Below are positions 9,754 to 20,387 of a DNA stretch of 64,000 nt, piece by piece (positions within the stretch are counted from its first letter, which is position 1; each line of letters starts with the position of its first letter). The position numbers were made by a program, and so were the translations under genes. The DNA lies in the IMG/VR virus record IMGVR_UViG_3300050821_003463, positions 1 through 64,000 of that record; one strand, 5' to 3'. The notes under the pieces were generated by a model. That model worked only from the letters and a program-made list of their open reading frames with translations. It did not search any database and had not been told where the DNA came from. This stretch comes from a virus.

Positions 9754-10461
9754 ATGCCGCCTCTTAGTTCTATGCTAAGGACGCAGAGTCTTCCTGGCTT
9801 TGAGGGAATAGAAAATCCCCCGACTGCCCCAGCGTTGCCCGCGTCCGATATCGCGTCGGGTCTGAACCCCTACCTTCGCTGTCCGCTGCCGCCGTTCTCG
9901 ACAACAGTTGATACGATCCGCCAGTGGAATATGACTGGTAAAAACCCTGTGATGCGCGTCATCCCACTGCCCAATCAACAGGGTGCTGGCGGCGGCGCGA
10001 CTACCACAGTCAATAACACCACGACCACATCTTCGGGCGGCGGCACTGTAACGCCAGCCGCGCCGACAACTCTCTTGCCACTCACAGCTTTTTTTAACTT
10101 CCCCCCGCTGTCACCGGCAGGAACGTTTACGCTAACGTTGAAGTTGAGTGAATCATTCCAGCTACTCCAACTCAACAGCAGTCAGCCCGTCGAAGTTCGG
10201 ATGTACTCGAACCCGACGTCGCGAACTCAAGACATCGCGCGCCCGACCGACTTCGCAGTGAGCTTCGCTGCTATCGAGGGTTTCATAACAGACGTGACGT
10301 TTGACGTAGAGCCGTTCTCTTATGAGTGGCAAAATCGAATCGGGGCAAATGCAGATACCCCACAGACTGTCAACACATACTTCACGGTAGTAAACCCGTC
10401 GCCAACTACGGGCGTAGGCGGGGGAGTGGTCACTGTGATCTACGTACCGCTTGAGAGTTAG
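9754..10461 (+). CDS. putative virion structural protein
   Basis: P/T/G-rich linker and beta-rich C-terminus in the tail module. Confidence 0.55.
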   Translation: MPPLSSMLRTQSLPGFEGIENPPTAPALPASDIASGLNPYLRCPLPPFSTTVDTIRQWNMTGKNPVMRVIPLPNQQGAGGGATTTVNNTTTTSSGGGTVTPAAPTTLLPLTAFFNFPPLSPAGTFTLTLKLSESFQLLQLNSSQPVEVRMYSNPTSRTQDIARPTDFAVSFAAIEGFITDVTFDVEPFSYEWQNRIGANADTPQTVNTYFTVVNPSPTTGVGGGVVTVIYVPLES

Positions 10462-10469
10462 GAGCACGC

Positions 10470-10703
10470 ATGGAGTTCTACACATACCTTTGGCTGCGCG
10501 AAGACGGGACTAAGACAGTGCCCAGAAGCGTAGAGCATCGACGTCATCTGAGTCAAGCAAACACAGGTAAAAGGGCATCAGAAGAGACGCGACGGAAACA
10601 AAGCGAATCTGCTAAAAGAAGATTTCAATCACCTGAGCAGAGATTGAAAGCGTCTACCGCAGGTAAACTTGGTGCAGCCGCTCGGTGGGGTGCGCGTGAA
10701 TAG
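10470..10703 (+). pseudogene. internally deleted GIY-YIG-type/NUMOD3 homing endonuclease remnant
   Basis: FYTYLWLREDGT joined directly to NUMOD3-like repeats (SEETRRKQSESAK); the expected PYYVGKG motif and catalytic core are absent. Confidence 0.65.
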
Positions 10704-11007
10704 AGAAACTTTTCCTGCTTCGCCGGTTAAGTTGACAACGTCCGTCACGTTCTTCAATCCAGATGGACCTGAAGATTCAACAGCGAGCAGCACTATCGCG
10801 GGGTTGAGTTGGATTAACCCCCAGAGCGTTATCGTAATGACTTTCGCCGGGGTCACTCCAGATCATGAGGACCCTGATGATGCGGTGGTCGAGGGCTTGA
10901 CCGTTTACGCGGGTAACATCGTCCCGGGCGTCGGGTTTGACGTTCTAGCATTTGCGCCATCGGGGACGTGGGGACAGTATCAAGTAACAGCCATTATTAT
11001 GGCATAG
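10696..11007 (+). CDS. putative virion structural protein
   Basis: GTG start overlapping the upstream stop; beta-rich. Confidence 0.5.
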   Translation: MNRETFPASPVKLTTSVTFFNPDGPEDSTASSTIAGLSWINPQSVIVMTFAGVTPDHEDPDDAVVEGLTVYAGNIVPGVGFDVLAFAPSGTWGQYQVTAIIMA

Positions 11008-11016
11008 GAGCTATCC

Positions 11017-11535
11017 ATGAGTATCATTTTGAGGGACGCGACTGTATCGTCTCAGCTAGCAGAGATTGACTCCAATGGCAACGTCCACGTAACCGAAGCA
11101 ACGGCATCGACAACTTCTGGGGCGACTGGCTCCGCAGTCCCGGCAGCATCAGTGCAAGTCGCGGGTAGTGACGGCACTGATCTTCGTACGATTAAGACGG
11201 ATGCGACCGGTCGACAGATCGTTCTGTTGAACGGCGCACGCACACAGCTAGGCGTCTTCTCGGTCCAGTCGACATCAGCATCACTGTCTTCCCTCATCGC
11301 AGCGGGCACCGGCTTTAACGATATCGTCACTCTCAATCTAACGAATGAGGGAACTGCGACGCTTGTCACAATCTCTGACGGCACGAACTCTTACGTGTTC
11401 GCGCTGGGCGCGGCAGAAGGACTGAACATCAACTTCTCGTCTACTCTCCCGGCAGCATCGAGCGCCGTAGCGTGGCAGATCAGCAACAGCGCAGCTCAAA
11501 CGGTGGACGCGAACGGCGTCTATGTGAAGAACTAA
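11017..11535 (+). CDS. putative virion structural protein
   Basis: AGGAG RBS; S/T/A/G-rich beta protein. Confidence 0.55.
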   Translation: MSIILRDATVSSQLAEIDSNGNVHVTEATASTTSGATGSAVPAASVQVAGSDGTDLRTIKTDATGRQIVLLNGARTQLGVFSVQSTSASLSSLIAAGTGFNDIVTLNLTNEGTATLVTISDGTNSYVFALGAAEGLNINFSSTLPAASSAVAWQISNSAAQTVDANGVYVKN

Positions 11536-11536
11536 C

Positions 11537-11950
11537 ATGAAGACACGAGCCTTGATCGAGCAGGATCACCCTGCGTTGCAAGCGGCGATTGACTCGGACA
11601 CCTTTCATCCAGGAGAATGGTCGGTCGATGACTTTATCCAAGACTCGCTGAGCGAAAATCCCCAGCATAAAATCCCCAAGGTGTGCACGGTAGTAGAGGA
11701 CTCCCAAGGTCCGATTATCTTCGTTCGATTTACCAAGACGCTGCGTATCTGTTGTGTCTGGAATGATGAAGCAGACAATCATCGCAATGCTCGTGCGCTT
11801 GTCTTTGGCATGCGTGACGCGGTGAAGATGGCGCGAGCGAATGGGTTCACCGAGATCATCGTTCAATCAGACCACAAGAAATTGGCAACGTTCCTAACAG
11901 AAGTACTGAAGATGAAGCAGAGCGGCAGCGAGTTTTTACTCGCAGTGTAA
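11537..11950 (+). CDS. GNAT-fold-like protein preceding the internal virion genes
   Basis: 137 aa; VVEDSQGPIIFVRF and ARANGFTEIIV patterns; same position as T7 gp13-like genes. Confidence 0.4.
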   Translation: MKTRALIEQDHPALQAAIDSDTFHPGEWSVDDFIQDSLSENPQHKIPKVCTVVEDSQGPIIFVRFTKTLRICCVWNDEADNHRNARALVFGMRDAVKMARANGFTEIIVQSDHKKLATFLTEVLKMKQSGSEFLLAV

Positions 11951-11960
11951 AGGATATCAC

Positions 11961-12716
11961 ATGTGCGTCAGTAGCGGGCTTAAGGCTCTAAACAATACGG
12001 TCAAAGGTGCTCTGAGTTCCGCCCAGAGCGAAGCCTCATCAGTCTTCGGTGCAGCCAGCACTGTCTTCAATAACCTGATCAGCGGAATTCAACAGGTTGT
12101 AACGGGCGGACCTAGTCAGGCGGGCTTTGGCGCGGCTGAGCTTAATGCCAAGAACGCAGCGGCAGTCCAGGCGGGCGCGACGATGGCGCGTAACCTCGGC
12201 GGCGCAGCGGCGACGAGCGCGGCGGCACTTGGCGGCGGCAACGCGGTCGAACCGGCAGGCGGGACACAGGCGGCGATTCTCGCGGCTAAGACAGCAGCAG
12301 CAGAACAGACCGCGACGACTGAGAATCAGATTCAAACTGAGAATTTTGAGCAGGGCAATAAGAATTACGAAGCAGCGGTCGGGCAAGAGATGCAGTTGCC
12401 CAACGTGTTTAATCCTGCGACCTCATCCGAAGGACAGGTTAACGCGGCGGCAAATACCGCTACGAACGTCCAGAAAGAAATGGACACTCAATCGAATTGG
12501 TGGCAACCGATGGTCACGGCGGCAATCGGCGGCGCATCCAGCATGTTGACAGGCGGACTGACAAGTGGTATAGGTGGTGGAGGGCTTCCCGCGTCCGATT
12601 CAGGGACGTACGGCGCAGCCCCTTTCGTGGGCAGTGGTCAACCCACTCCGAGTGCAATGCCTGCCCCTAACATGACAGGACAATTCGGTAGTTCCCCGTT
12701 TCCAACAGGCATCTAA
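11961..12716 (+). CDS. internal virion / ejection protein (small)
   Basis: A/G/Q-rich helical sequence with hydrophobic G/A segments; gene order. Confidence 0.6.
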   Translation: MCVSSGLKALNNTVKGALSSAQSEASSVFGAASTVFNNLISGIQQVVTGGPSQAGFGAAELNAKNAAAVQAGATMARNLGGAAATSAAALGGGNAVEPAGGTQAAILAAKTAAAEQTATTENQIQTENFEQGNKNYEAAVGQEMQLPNVFNPATSSEGQVNAAANTATNVQKEMDTQSNWWQPMVTAAIGGASSMLTGGLTSGIGGGGLPASDSGTYGAAPFVGSGQPTPSAMPAPNMTGQFGSSPFPTGI

Positions 12717-12729
12717 AAAAGGAGTTTTA

Positions 12730-15096
12730 ATGTCCGAACCTACAGTGACCACGAACGCACCGCAGAAGCCAAACGCTATGGGCGGCGCACCGACGACCAC
12801 GCAAGACGTGTCGGGACAGATTACTCCTAACCCTACTCCTACCCCTACGCCTAGCGCACAGCCGACGACTCCCGCGCAACCCACCGCGCCTGCTCAGCCA
12901 TCGACCCCGGCGCAACAGCCCCGCCCCGCACAGCCTGCGACACAGCAGCCCACACCTCGTGGTCTGCACGCGTCTATTTTTGAAGGCGTGTTGAAGACTC
13001 TCGGCGGCGGTACACAGTTCATCAACCGTACTGACCCAGTGACGGGCGCGACAACTCGCGAACCGGTCCAACAGTCGAAGGGTCAACTCGGCAAGAGCAT
13101 CCTGGCAGGAGCTATCGCCGGAATGTTCGGCGGCATGGGCGCAAGAGACGCAGAAGGTCGCCACGATCCTCTGAAGGCAGCGCAGGAAGGCTTTGTCGCA
13201 GGACAGAAGCCGGTGCAGGAACGTGTCGCACAGTTACAGGCGACCGCAGACGAAGACACCTCGCGCCGCCAGATGGTCATGAAGAATAACATGGACCTGA
13301 TGCATCAGCAGATTGCGATGACGCATATGCAGCACCAGGAACTCGCCTCGACCGCTGATAATAACAACAAAGGCATCCTCGCGGACGCTGGAGACTTTGA
13401 CAAGAATCTCACCGGCACTGATGTCAATGATCCGACCAAGAAAGCAATTCAGGGTCGCGGGTTGACTTATCAGGAAGCGCTGGCTAAGCTGAAGGGCAAC
13501 TGGTCGAACACACTCGCCATTGTCGATGGATATCAGGACGTCCGTGGTCCGAATGGCGAGATGGAGCCAGAGCCGACTTACGCCGTGCTCAACCCGAACG
13601 TCACGATCAAGATGAGCGAAGATCAGGCGGCTGCGATGGCGAAGTTCAAGCCCGCATACGCAAACGCTTATCAGGCTACCGGAGGGAATCTTAAGATTCC
13701 ATTGAACCGGTATGTCGCGGATACGCACCAGTTGAATTCTCTGAATCAGGTGGAAGCGTATTTTGAGAATATCAAAGATCAAATCCCCGGCATGAAGAAC
13801 GCCCCCGACCTCTCGGCGCTCGCACGCGACCCGAAGGGCGGTAAGCAAGTTCTCAACGCTGTGAATGACGTTGAGAATGCAATCGGTCAAGGCGGCGACC
13901 CAGTCGCAGCACTGCAGCGTCTCGCAGGCACAGGCGGCGGGGCACTGATCCTCAAAGACATGGGGATCACGAACGAACAAGTTCAGACGCTCGTGAACGA
14001 CAAGACTCGCAAGGAAGCACTCGCCAAGGAAGGCGGGATGGGTCCGAAGGCACCAATGCCGGATGACACAGTCGCGGCTCTGCTCACAGCCGCAGATGCA
14101 TCTAACATTCCACAGGAGACGAAGGACGCGATCCACGCGGGCGCAAAGAAAGACGCGCAGGGTCACTACAATCTGAACATGCAGCAAGGTGAAGACCTTC
14201 GCAATCGTGTTCTGACTGCGCAGAACCAGACCAACCAGATCAACGAACGGAACCTCCTGGCAAACGGCGATCCGTCGCAGATGCAGAAGACAGCCCAGAA
14301 CACGATTGAGGGCGACGTCAATGACATCACGAAGGTCGCTTCGATGCGCGGTAACGCCCGTAGCAACGCGGTCAACGCGATGCACGACGCAGCCGCCAAC
14401 CTCGGTTTGGATACGACGAACTACAGTGAGTCGGCTCTCGAATCGCAAGCCAACATGTGGAAGGATTATACGGGCGGGCAGAAGACCCCGACCGGCAAGC
14501 AGCTTGTCTCGTTTGACGGATTTATCGGTCACACAGGAGCGGCGCTGGCAGCACAGCAACGCGTAGCGGATAAGTTCATGGGTCTATACCATCAGCCCAT
14601 CCTCAACATGACCATGAAGGAAATCGGATCGAAATTGACGGATGACGCAGATTGGGCAGCGTATTCCGCATCTCTCGAACCAGTTAAGCATGAGATTGAG
14701 AACTTCCTCGCGGCTGGATTTGCAACTAAGTCTGAAGATGCTCAAGCGATGCGAGCCATCATAAACGACACCTTGCCAATCAACCGCATGAACGCTACCC
14801 TGAAGCAGTTGGCGGAAACGGCTGACGTCCGTCTCGCAGCGCTCGGTAAGGCGTACACGAATAACATGGGACGAAACTTCAACAACCTGCTGTCTCCTGA
14901 TTCACAGAAGACGTTGCAAAAGTTGGGAGTCCCGAGTCAATCAGCAGCGTATACCGCGAAACTTCCTCGCGGCTGGAATAACCACCAGTTGACGCAGTTG
15001 ACAGATAAGAACGTTGCGAAGCAGTTCCTTCAGGCATCAGGTGGAAATATTCCTGCCGCCCGCGAGCTGATGAAGCGCAACGGATGGTCCGAATAG
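12730..15096 (+). CDS. internal virion / ejection protein (medium)
   Basis: 788 aa helical Q/A/N-rich; P/T/Q low-complexity N-terminus; ILAGAIAGMFGGMG segment. Confidence 0.6.
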   Translation: MSEPTVTTNAPQKPNAMGGAPTTTQDVSGQITPNPTPTPTPSAQPTTPAQPTAPAQPSTPAQQPRPAQPATQQPTPRGLHASIFEGVLKTLGGGTQFINRTDPVTGATTREPVQQSKGQLGKSILAGAIAGMFGGMGARDAEGRHDPLKAAQEGFVAGQKPVQERVAQLQATADEDTSRRQMVMKNNMDLMHQQIAMTHMQHQELASTADNNNKGILADAGDFDKNLTGTDVNDPTKKAIQGRGLTYQEALAKLKGNWSNTLAIVDGYQDVRGPNGEMEPEPTYAVLNPNVTIKMSEDQAAAMAKFKPAYANAYQATGGNLKIPLNRYVADTHQLNSLNQVEAYFENIKDQIPGMKNAPDLSALARDPKGGKQVLNAVNDVENAIGQGGDPVAALQRLAGTGGGALILKDMGITNEQVQTLVNDKTRKEALAKEGGMGPKAPMPDDTVAALLTAADASNIPQETKDAIHAGAKKDAQGHYNLNMQQGEDLRNRVLTAQNQTNQINERNLLANGDPSQMQKTAQNTIEGDVNDITKVASMRGNARSNAVNAMHDAAANLGLDTTNYSESALESQANMWKDYTGGQKTPTGKQLVSFDGFIGHTGAALAAQQRVADKFMGLYHQPILNMTMKEIGSKLTDDADWAAYSASLEPVKHEIENFLAAGFATKSEDAQAMRAIINDTLPINRMNATLKQLAETADVRLAALGKAYTNNMGRNFNNLLSPDSQKTLQKLGVPSQSAAYTAKLPRGWNNHQLTQLTDKNVAKQFLQASGGNIPAARELMKRNGWSE

Positions 15097-15105
15097 GAGA
15101 ACACA

Positions 15106-18100
15106 ATGGGTATCCTCGACGACGCAGCTAAAGATCAATCGACTCCGCAGGCTACCCCTGCGACTCCAACCGCTGCGCCGACAGGTGCGACTCAGGGCGG
15201 AAGCATTCTCGAACAGGCAGCGGCTGAGCAACCCTCTACCGCTGCTTCCTCGACTGTGACTCCTCCCCCCGTGGAATCAACTTTAGACCGGTGGAAGCGC
15301 GAAGCGTACGAGACGCTCGGACAGGCTGTGCCGCAAGCAGCCGTCGCTCCGATGCAGGGGCTGAAGACTCACATACTCGATAAGTTCCAGCAGTCCGGTC
15401 GAGAACTCGGAAACATCGCGGAGAACAAAGTCAACAGCTTCATCGCCGCAGCAGACGACATGATGAACGAAGACCTGAACGATAAACGCACGGCTATTCC
15501 GGCGTACGCGAAGGGTCTTGAGAGCGAGTACCTGCGCCAGAAGTTCCAGACCGAAGCCCCCGTCACGGCGGGTGTCACCGGTGGCGTGGCTAACCTCGGA
15601 GGTCAGATTCTAGGCGACCCGACAAATTGGCCCTTCCTCGCGAAAGGGTTAGTTAGCCAAGCCAGCAAGGTATCTGCGAGCGCCTTTAAGCCCTGGGCAG
15701 AGAAGTTAATGTCCAAGGGATTCGGGCTCCAGATGTCTGCAGGCGTAGTGTCTCAACTCGACCAGTTGAAAGACAACTGGGACAAGATGTCGGATTACGA
15801 CAAGTCGCACGCGATCACTCAGGTTATCGCGGGCACGTACATGGCGCAGAGCGCCGTGCGTGAGGGATTCAAGGGCGAACCGAAAGCGAAAGTGGAAACT
15901 CCCGCGACGGTCGGTCCCGAAGCAGGCGGCGAGGGTCCGCGCACCTCTACTCAAACTGGTACGGTTGCGGGCGAAGCGAATGCCCTGCGACCTACGATCC
16001 GCACTACAGCGGGTGTAGAAGCCCCGATCACGGCGAAGTCAGCGGCGACTCTCGAAGGACAGAAGCCAAGCATCCTTCAGCGCGTAGCGGATACGTTCAC
16101 TACCCCAGGCGCAGAGACTACCTTCGGCAAAGAGCGAACTGCGCCCGCAGCAACTAGACAGGCAGTGTCAACTGTCGGTCAAGTCGCGGAGGACCGCATC
16201 GCTCAGCACGAGGCTATCGTCAACGGAGAGACTCCTGAAGAGGGGATCACCGGCACACAACAGACGTCTAAGTTCACGTCCCCCGATGAGGCGTGGCAGG
16301 AGATGCAGCGGACTGCGCAGAATACGACGTTCCGCAAGGCAGATGAAATCTCTCAGCGCGAGCAAGCGGCGTGGGAGGCGAAGCGTGATGAGGCACACCA
16401 GGATTACAAGGACCTCGTCGACCGTCACAATAAGAATATCGACGACTATAATGCGCAGGTTCCGAAAGATCAGCAGATGCCGCATGCGGTAGCTGATCTC
16501 AACGAAGTTGCCGTACCGGATCGTCCGCAGACGTACAACGAATTGCGCTCTGACGTTCAGACCGAACAGGCGAATGCGCGGAGCCAGGACGCAGCCGTGC
16601 GCGAGGAAGCGATCAAGACTGGTCTACCCAAAGCTGAGAAGGCAATGGATAACTGGTTCAAGCAGCACTCGGATGAAGTCTCCCCAGCGGAGTACGACTC
16701 GGTCAGGAAGCTGTGGGCGGACTCTGAGCGCATGAAAGAGATTGCGATGGGTCTGCGTGGTCCCCTGACAAAAGGGAACCTCACCGGCAATCAGATGCGC
16801 CAGATCGAAGTGTCGATGAACAATCGTCAGCTTCGACGCGGTCAATCCCCCGATGCGTTTCAGCGTCTACTTGGTACAGACGGATACAACAACTGGCAGA
16901 ACGTTGCCAAGCTGTTCGACACAGTCAAAGACCCGACGCTTCCCGAGCAATTCCAATCTTGGGGCAAGTACGCAGGCGAGTATCTCGTGTCAGCTCTTAT
17001 CCCGCATATCCTTGGCAGCGGTATCGCCGCTAAGTGGGGGATGGAGAAGCTACTCAACCATGTGATGTTCGATCCTGAGTTCGGCAGTACCTTCGGCAAG
17101 GTTGTCGATTGGCTTAAGTCGCAACACGGGCGAGTAGTCGACAGCATCAAGGAACTGCCTACGACTTTGCGCGACCAGATGACTAACATCATCAAGGCGT
17201 ACAAAGACGCAGGCGAGCAAGGCGCGGTCGGGCGCAACATCAAGAAGCCCGTAAAGCGTCTAGGCGGCGCGAAGCCCGCACCAGCGGTAGCGCCAGCTAC
17301 GCCCGAGGAAACTCAGGTCGCGGCGCACGAAGCGAACGGCGGGTCTACTTTCACACCAGAGGGTCAGAACCTAGCAGGACAGAATACATACTCGGTCGCG
17401 GCATATCCTGGTCGTACGCAACAATTGGATAACCTCACCCCTGATGCGCTTCAAGCGTTCAAGGACCAGAACAAAGATGTTCTGTCACAACCAAATCATG
17501 CGGTCGGCACCTGGAAAGATACCGACACAGGGAAGCACGTTCTCGATGTCGCCAAGCTATACGGTGACAGAGGCGAAGCGGTTAGCGCAGGGCAAGCCGC
17601 AAATCAAAAGGCGATCTATCATCTCGGACGGAACGAACTCATCCCTACTGGCGGAACGGGTGAAGTGCCCTCCGTTAACAACGTGGTGAATGATTACAAC
17701 GCGTCACAGGGAAAGCCCGAAGTGTCCTCCGTGAAGACGCCTGTCGACCCTCGAACCGCAGATAAGATCGCGGACGAATATGACAAGCTGAAGCATAGTC
17801 CGAACAATCCAAAGGTGAAGAAGGCTTACAGCGCTCTCATTAAGGAGACAAAGGACCAATGGCACGCTCTTGAGAAAGCAGGATACCGGTTACAAGTTGA
17901 GAGCCAAGACCCGTATGGGTTAGACTCCTCGAAACCTGCTTACCAGGAGATGTCTGAAGACGTAAAGAATAACAAGCGGATTAAAGTCTGGGACGGCGGA
18001 AAGCCGCCTGCCGATCATCCATTGTCAGGCATTGATCCCGAGACAGGGGTGTCTTACAACACTCTGTTCCGCGCAGTGCATGATGTTATGGGACACGTCG

Positions 18101-20328
18101 CGGGGGACAATGACTTCAGCCAGCAGGGTGAAGAAAATGCCTATCAGCGTCACGCCCAGTCCTATAGCAAGGATGCGATTCCCGCTCTCACGACTGAGAC
18201 TAGGGGACAGACGTCTCACTACTTCAACAACGAGAAGGTCCGCAACGGTGGCGAACATTCTTTTGTTGACCAGCGCGCGGCGCTCTTGCCTGAGAGGTTT
18301 TATGCTAAAGGCACTGAGTCACAGTCAACTCCGATCTCCGACTCGCTAGTCTCGAAGTACGGCACGACCGATGATGCCCGAAAAGCAGCCTTTGTGCTAC
18401 CCGATGGTCGCATGGTCGAACTCAGCGGTGAGCACGATCAGATGGTCACGAATGCGGCAAAAGCTGCAGGCGTGAAAGACCTTCCCAAACCTACCGACGC
18501 TAACGGACAGATCGGTCCACGCGAGCATATCATCGCTAGTGAGAACGCGATCCGGACGCGCTATCGCCAGACTAAGGGTGGTAAAGAGATCGTCTTCTCC
18601 ATTCCTGATAAAATCACTGACGCGCAGGCGCAGCAACTTCGCATGGCGACGGCAAAGATACCTAACGGTAGCGTTGTCATCGAGCAGGGTAAACCTGGAG
18701 GGAGCTACAAGCAGATCGATGCGACCCCCGGCAACGTCCAGGCTGCGCTCGAAGACCTCGGCGCACGTCCGAAGGGCGAAGCGGTAGCAGAGGCGCAAGC
18801 CAAGGCTGACGCAGAGCGGGCACGGCAAGCGGCAGCACCGGCACCTGAACCGATCCCACAACCTGTCTATGTCAACCGTCATAACGGGGTGCATGAGGTG
18901 GTCACGGGACCCGCAGACGACCGCACAGGGTATCTTCTAGCGATGGATGTACCTTCGGAGAAAGAAGGAGAACCTTCTACTGAGGTTCGCGTTACATCTC
19001 ACACAGTTGATCCTGAGAAGCAAGGCAAGGGAGTTGGTTCCTCCCAGATTGAAACCTTAGCGAAGGAACTGCCGTCTGACAAGACAGCAGTGCTTAGCGA
19101 TCTTCCGAATAAGATGACCGACGCTGCGAAGGGCTCGTGGAAACGCCTGATGCGGCAGTACCCCATCGCAGTAACGGAAGAAGCTGATGGCGGCTATCGT
19201 TTTGATCTCGAAAAGCTGAGATCGCCTGCCGTCGAACGCACAACAGTTAGTCCGAAGGGATCGACTGTCCAGTTGATGAGCAATCCGTTACCCGTCAAAA
19301 CTGTCGGGTCGGATACTCCTTCAACGTTGGACGTCGCTATGGCTCTGAACAAGTACACTAAGAGAAATCTCGGTGCGCTGCAACCAGGGTCTGAACCCGC
19401 AGAGATGGTCGAGCGCGCGAAGTCACTCGCAGAAGACGAGGCGCGGTATCAACTAGGCACCAGCAACTCTGGTACTACATGGTACACCGAACAGATGGAC
19501 GAGCACGACGCAGTCGCAAAAGAGATGCGTCCCGAACTGAAAGACGATACAAAGTTATCGATCTTTAAGTTCGCAGAGGCAGTCTTGAGTTCCGGTCAGA
19601 AACCGTACAGGAACTTCACCGCAACGATGGAAGCGTGGGATCACTACGCCAAGGACGGAAAATTTCCGAGCACTAATCCATCAACCGGTAAGTCGTGGGG
19701 TCCACGCGGAATCGCAGCATACGGCAACGCGTTCGAGTCTATAAACCGTCTCATCGAAGAGAAAGGTGAGAAGGGCGCGGTTGACTGGATGATGGGCGAT
19801 CATCCGACGACCGAACTCAAAGAGTACAACAAGAACGTCTCGGGCAAGAAGACCGACCTGCAACCTGGAGTCATGATCCTGGGAGCAAAGCGCGGACCCT
19901 TCGCCCAGAACTTGCACGGCATGGAGACAGCCTTCACCGCCGACATGTGGGTGAGCCGAACCTGGAACCGGTGGATGGGCACGATTGAAGTCGCGGACGA
20001 TGGCGAGATATCATCCGATGCCCCCCGCAACCAACAGGAACGCTCTCTGATGAAGCAGTCGTTCTCGGAAGTCGCTCAGAAATTGGGGCTGACAACCAGC
20101 TCACTGCAAGCCGTTCTCTGGTACTACGAACAAGCCCTGTACACCGCGCACGGAACGCCGAAAGAGAGCTGGTCTTTCTCGGACGCTGCCCGACGCGCAC
20201 AAGCCGAAGCGAAGGCAAAAGCCCCCGCAGCGGCTGAACCTGAGACTCCCGCGACCGGATTCGGACCACGCGAGAGAGCAGGACAGTACAAGGACAAAGA
20301 GACGGAGTTCAATCCAGACGAACTTTAA
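15106..20328 (+). CDS. large multi-domain (polyvalent-type) ejection protein
   Basis: 1740 aa; domains with FRAVHDVMGH, GNAT-like VDPEKQGKGVGS and FTADMWVSR...LQAVLW motifs. Confidence 0.65.
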   Translation: MGILDDAAKDQSTPQATPATPTAAPTGATQGGSILEQAAAEQPSTAASSTVTPPPVESTLDRWKREAYETLGQAVPQAAVAPMQGLKTHILDKFQQSGRELGNIAENKVNSFIAAADDMMNEDLNDKRTAIPAYAKGLESEYLRQKFQTEAPVTAGVTGGVANLGGQILGDPTNWPFLAKGLVSQASKVSASAFKPWAEKLMSKGFGLQMSAGVVSQLDQLKDNWDKMSDYDKSHAITQVIAGTYMAQSAVREGFKGEPKAKVETPATVGPEAGGEGPRTSTQTGTVAGEANALRPTIRTTAGVEAPITAKSAATLEGQKPSILQRVADTFTTPGAETTFGKERTAPAATRQAVSTVGQVAEDRIAQHEAIVNGETPEEGITGTQQTSKFTSPDEAWQEMQRTAQNTTFRKADEISQREQAAWEAKRDEAHQDYKDLVDRHNKNIDDYNAQVPKDQQMPHAVADLNEVAVPDRPQTYNELRSDVQTEQANARSQDAAVREEAIKTGLPKAEKAMDNWFKQHSDEVSPAEYDSVRKLWADSERMKEIAMGLRGPLTKGNLTGNQMRQIEVSMNNRQLRRGQSPDAFQRLLGTDGYNNWQNVAKLFDTVKDPTLPEQFQSWGKYAGEYLVSALIPHILGSGIAAKWGMEKLLNHVMFDPEFGSTFGKVVDWLKSQHGRVVDSIKELPTTLRDQMTNIIKAYKDAGEQGAVGRNIKKPVKRLGGAKPAPAVAPATPEETQVAAHEANGGSTFTPEGQNLAGQNTYSVAAYPGRTQQLDNLTPDALQAFKDQNKDVLSQPNHAVGTWKDTDTGKHVLDVAKLYGDRGEAVSAGQAANQKAIYHLGRNELIPTGGTGEVPSVNNVVNDYNASQGKPEVSSVKTPVDPRTADKIADEYDKLKHSPNNPKVKKAYSALIKETKDQWHALEKAGYRLQVESQDPYGLDSSKPAYQEMSEDVKNNKRIKVWDGGKPPADHPLSGIDPETGVSYNTLFRAVHDVMGHVAGDNDFSQQGEENAYQRHAQSYSKDAIPALTTETRGQTSHYFNNEKVRNGGEHSFVDQRAALLPERFYAKGTESQSTPISDSLVSKYGTTDDARKAAFVLPDGRMVELSGEHDQMVTNAAKAAGVKDLPKPTDANGQIGPREHIIASENAIRTRYRQTKGGKEIVFSIPDKITDAQAQQLRMATAKIPNGSVVIEQGKPGGSYKQIDATPGNVQAALEDLGARPKGEAVAEAQAKADAERARQAAAPAPEPIPQPVYVNRHNGVHEVVTGPADDRTGYLLAMDVPSEKEGEPSTEVRVTSHTVDPEKQGKGVGSSQIETLAKELPSDKTAVLSDLPNKMTDAAKGSWKRLMRQYPIAVTEEADGGYRFDLEKLRSPAVERTTVSPKGSTVQLMSNPLPVKTVGSDTPSTLDVAMALNKYTKRNLGALQPGSEPAEMVERAKSLAEDEARYQLGTSNSGTTWYTEQMDEHDAVAKEMRPELKDDTKLSIFKFAEAVLSSGQKPYRNFTATMEAWDHYAKDGKFPSTNPSTGKSWGPRGIAAYGNAFESINRLIEEKGEKGAVDWMMGDHPTTELKEYNKNVSGKKTDLQPGVMILGAKRGPFAQNLHGMETAFTADMWVSRTWNRWMGTIEVADDGEISSDAPRNQQERSLMKQSFSEVAQKLGLTTSSLQAVLWYYEQALYTAHGTPKESWSFSDAARRAQAEAKAKAPAAAEPETPATGFGPRERAGQYKDKETEFNPDEL

Positions 20329-20342
20329 TGCACGCGGGGCAC

Positions 20343-20371
20343 TTGACAAGCAGGTGCCCCCGTGCTACTCT
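20343..20371 (+). promoter_or_regulatory. sigma70-type promoter
   Basis: TTGACA-17 nt-TACTCT with extended -10 TG. Confidence 0.7.
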
Positions 20372-20387
20372 GAAAGTAGGAGAGCAT

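Noticed and set aside
12780-12960. Tandem DNA repeat
   Set aside because: Explained by the P/T/Q low-complexity protein linker with variable codons
13234-14559. 441-aa minus-strand ORF and similar antisense ORFs
   Set aside because: Shadow of a well-supported plus-strand gene; no motifs or RBS
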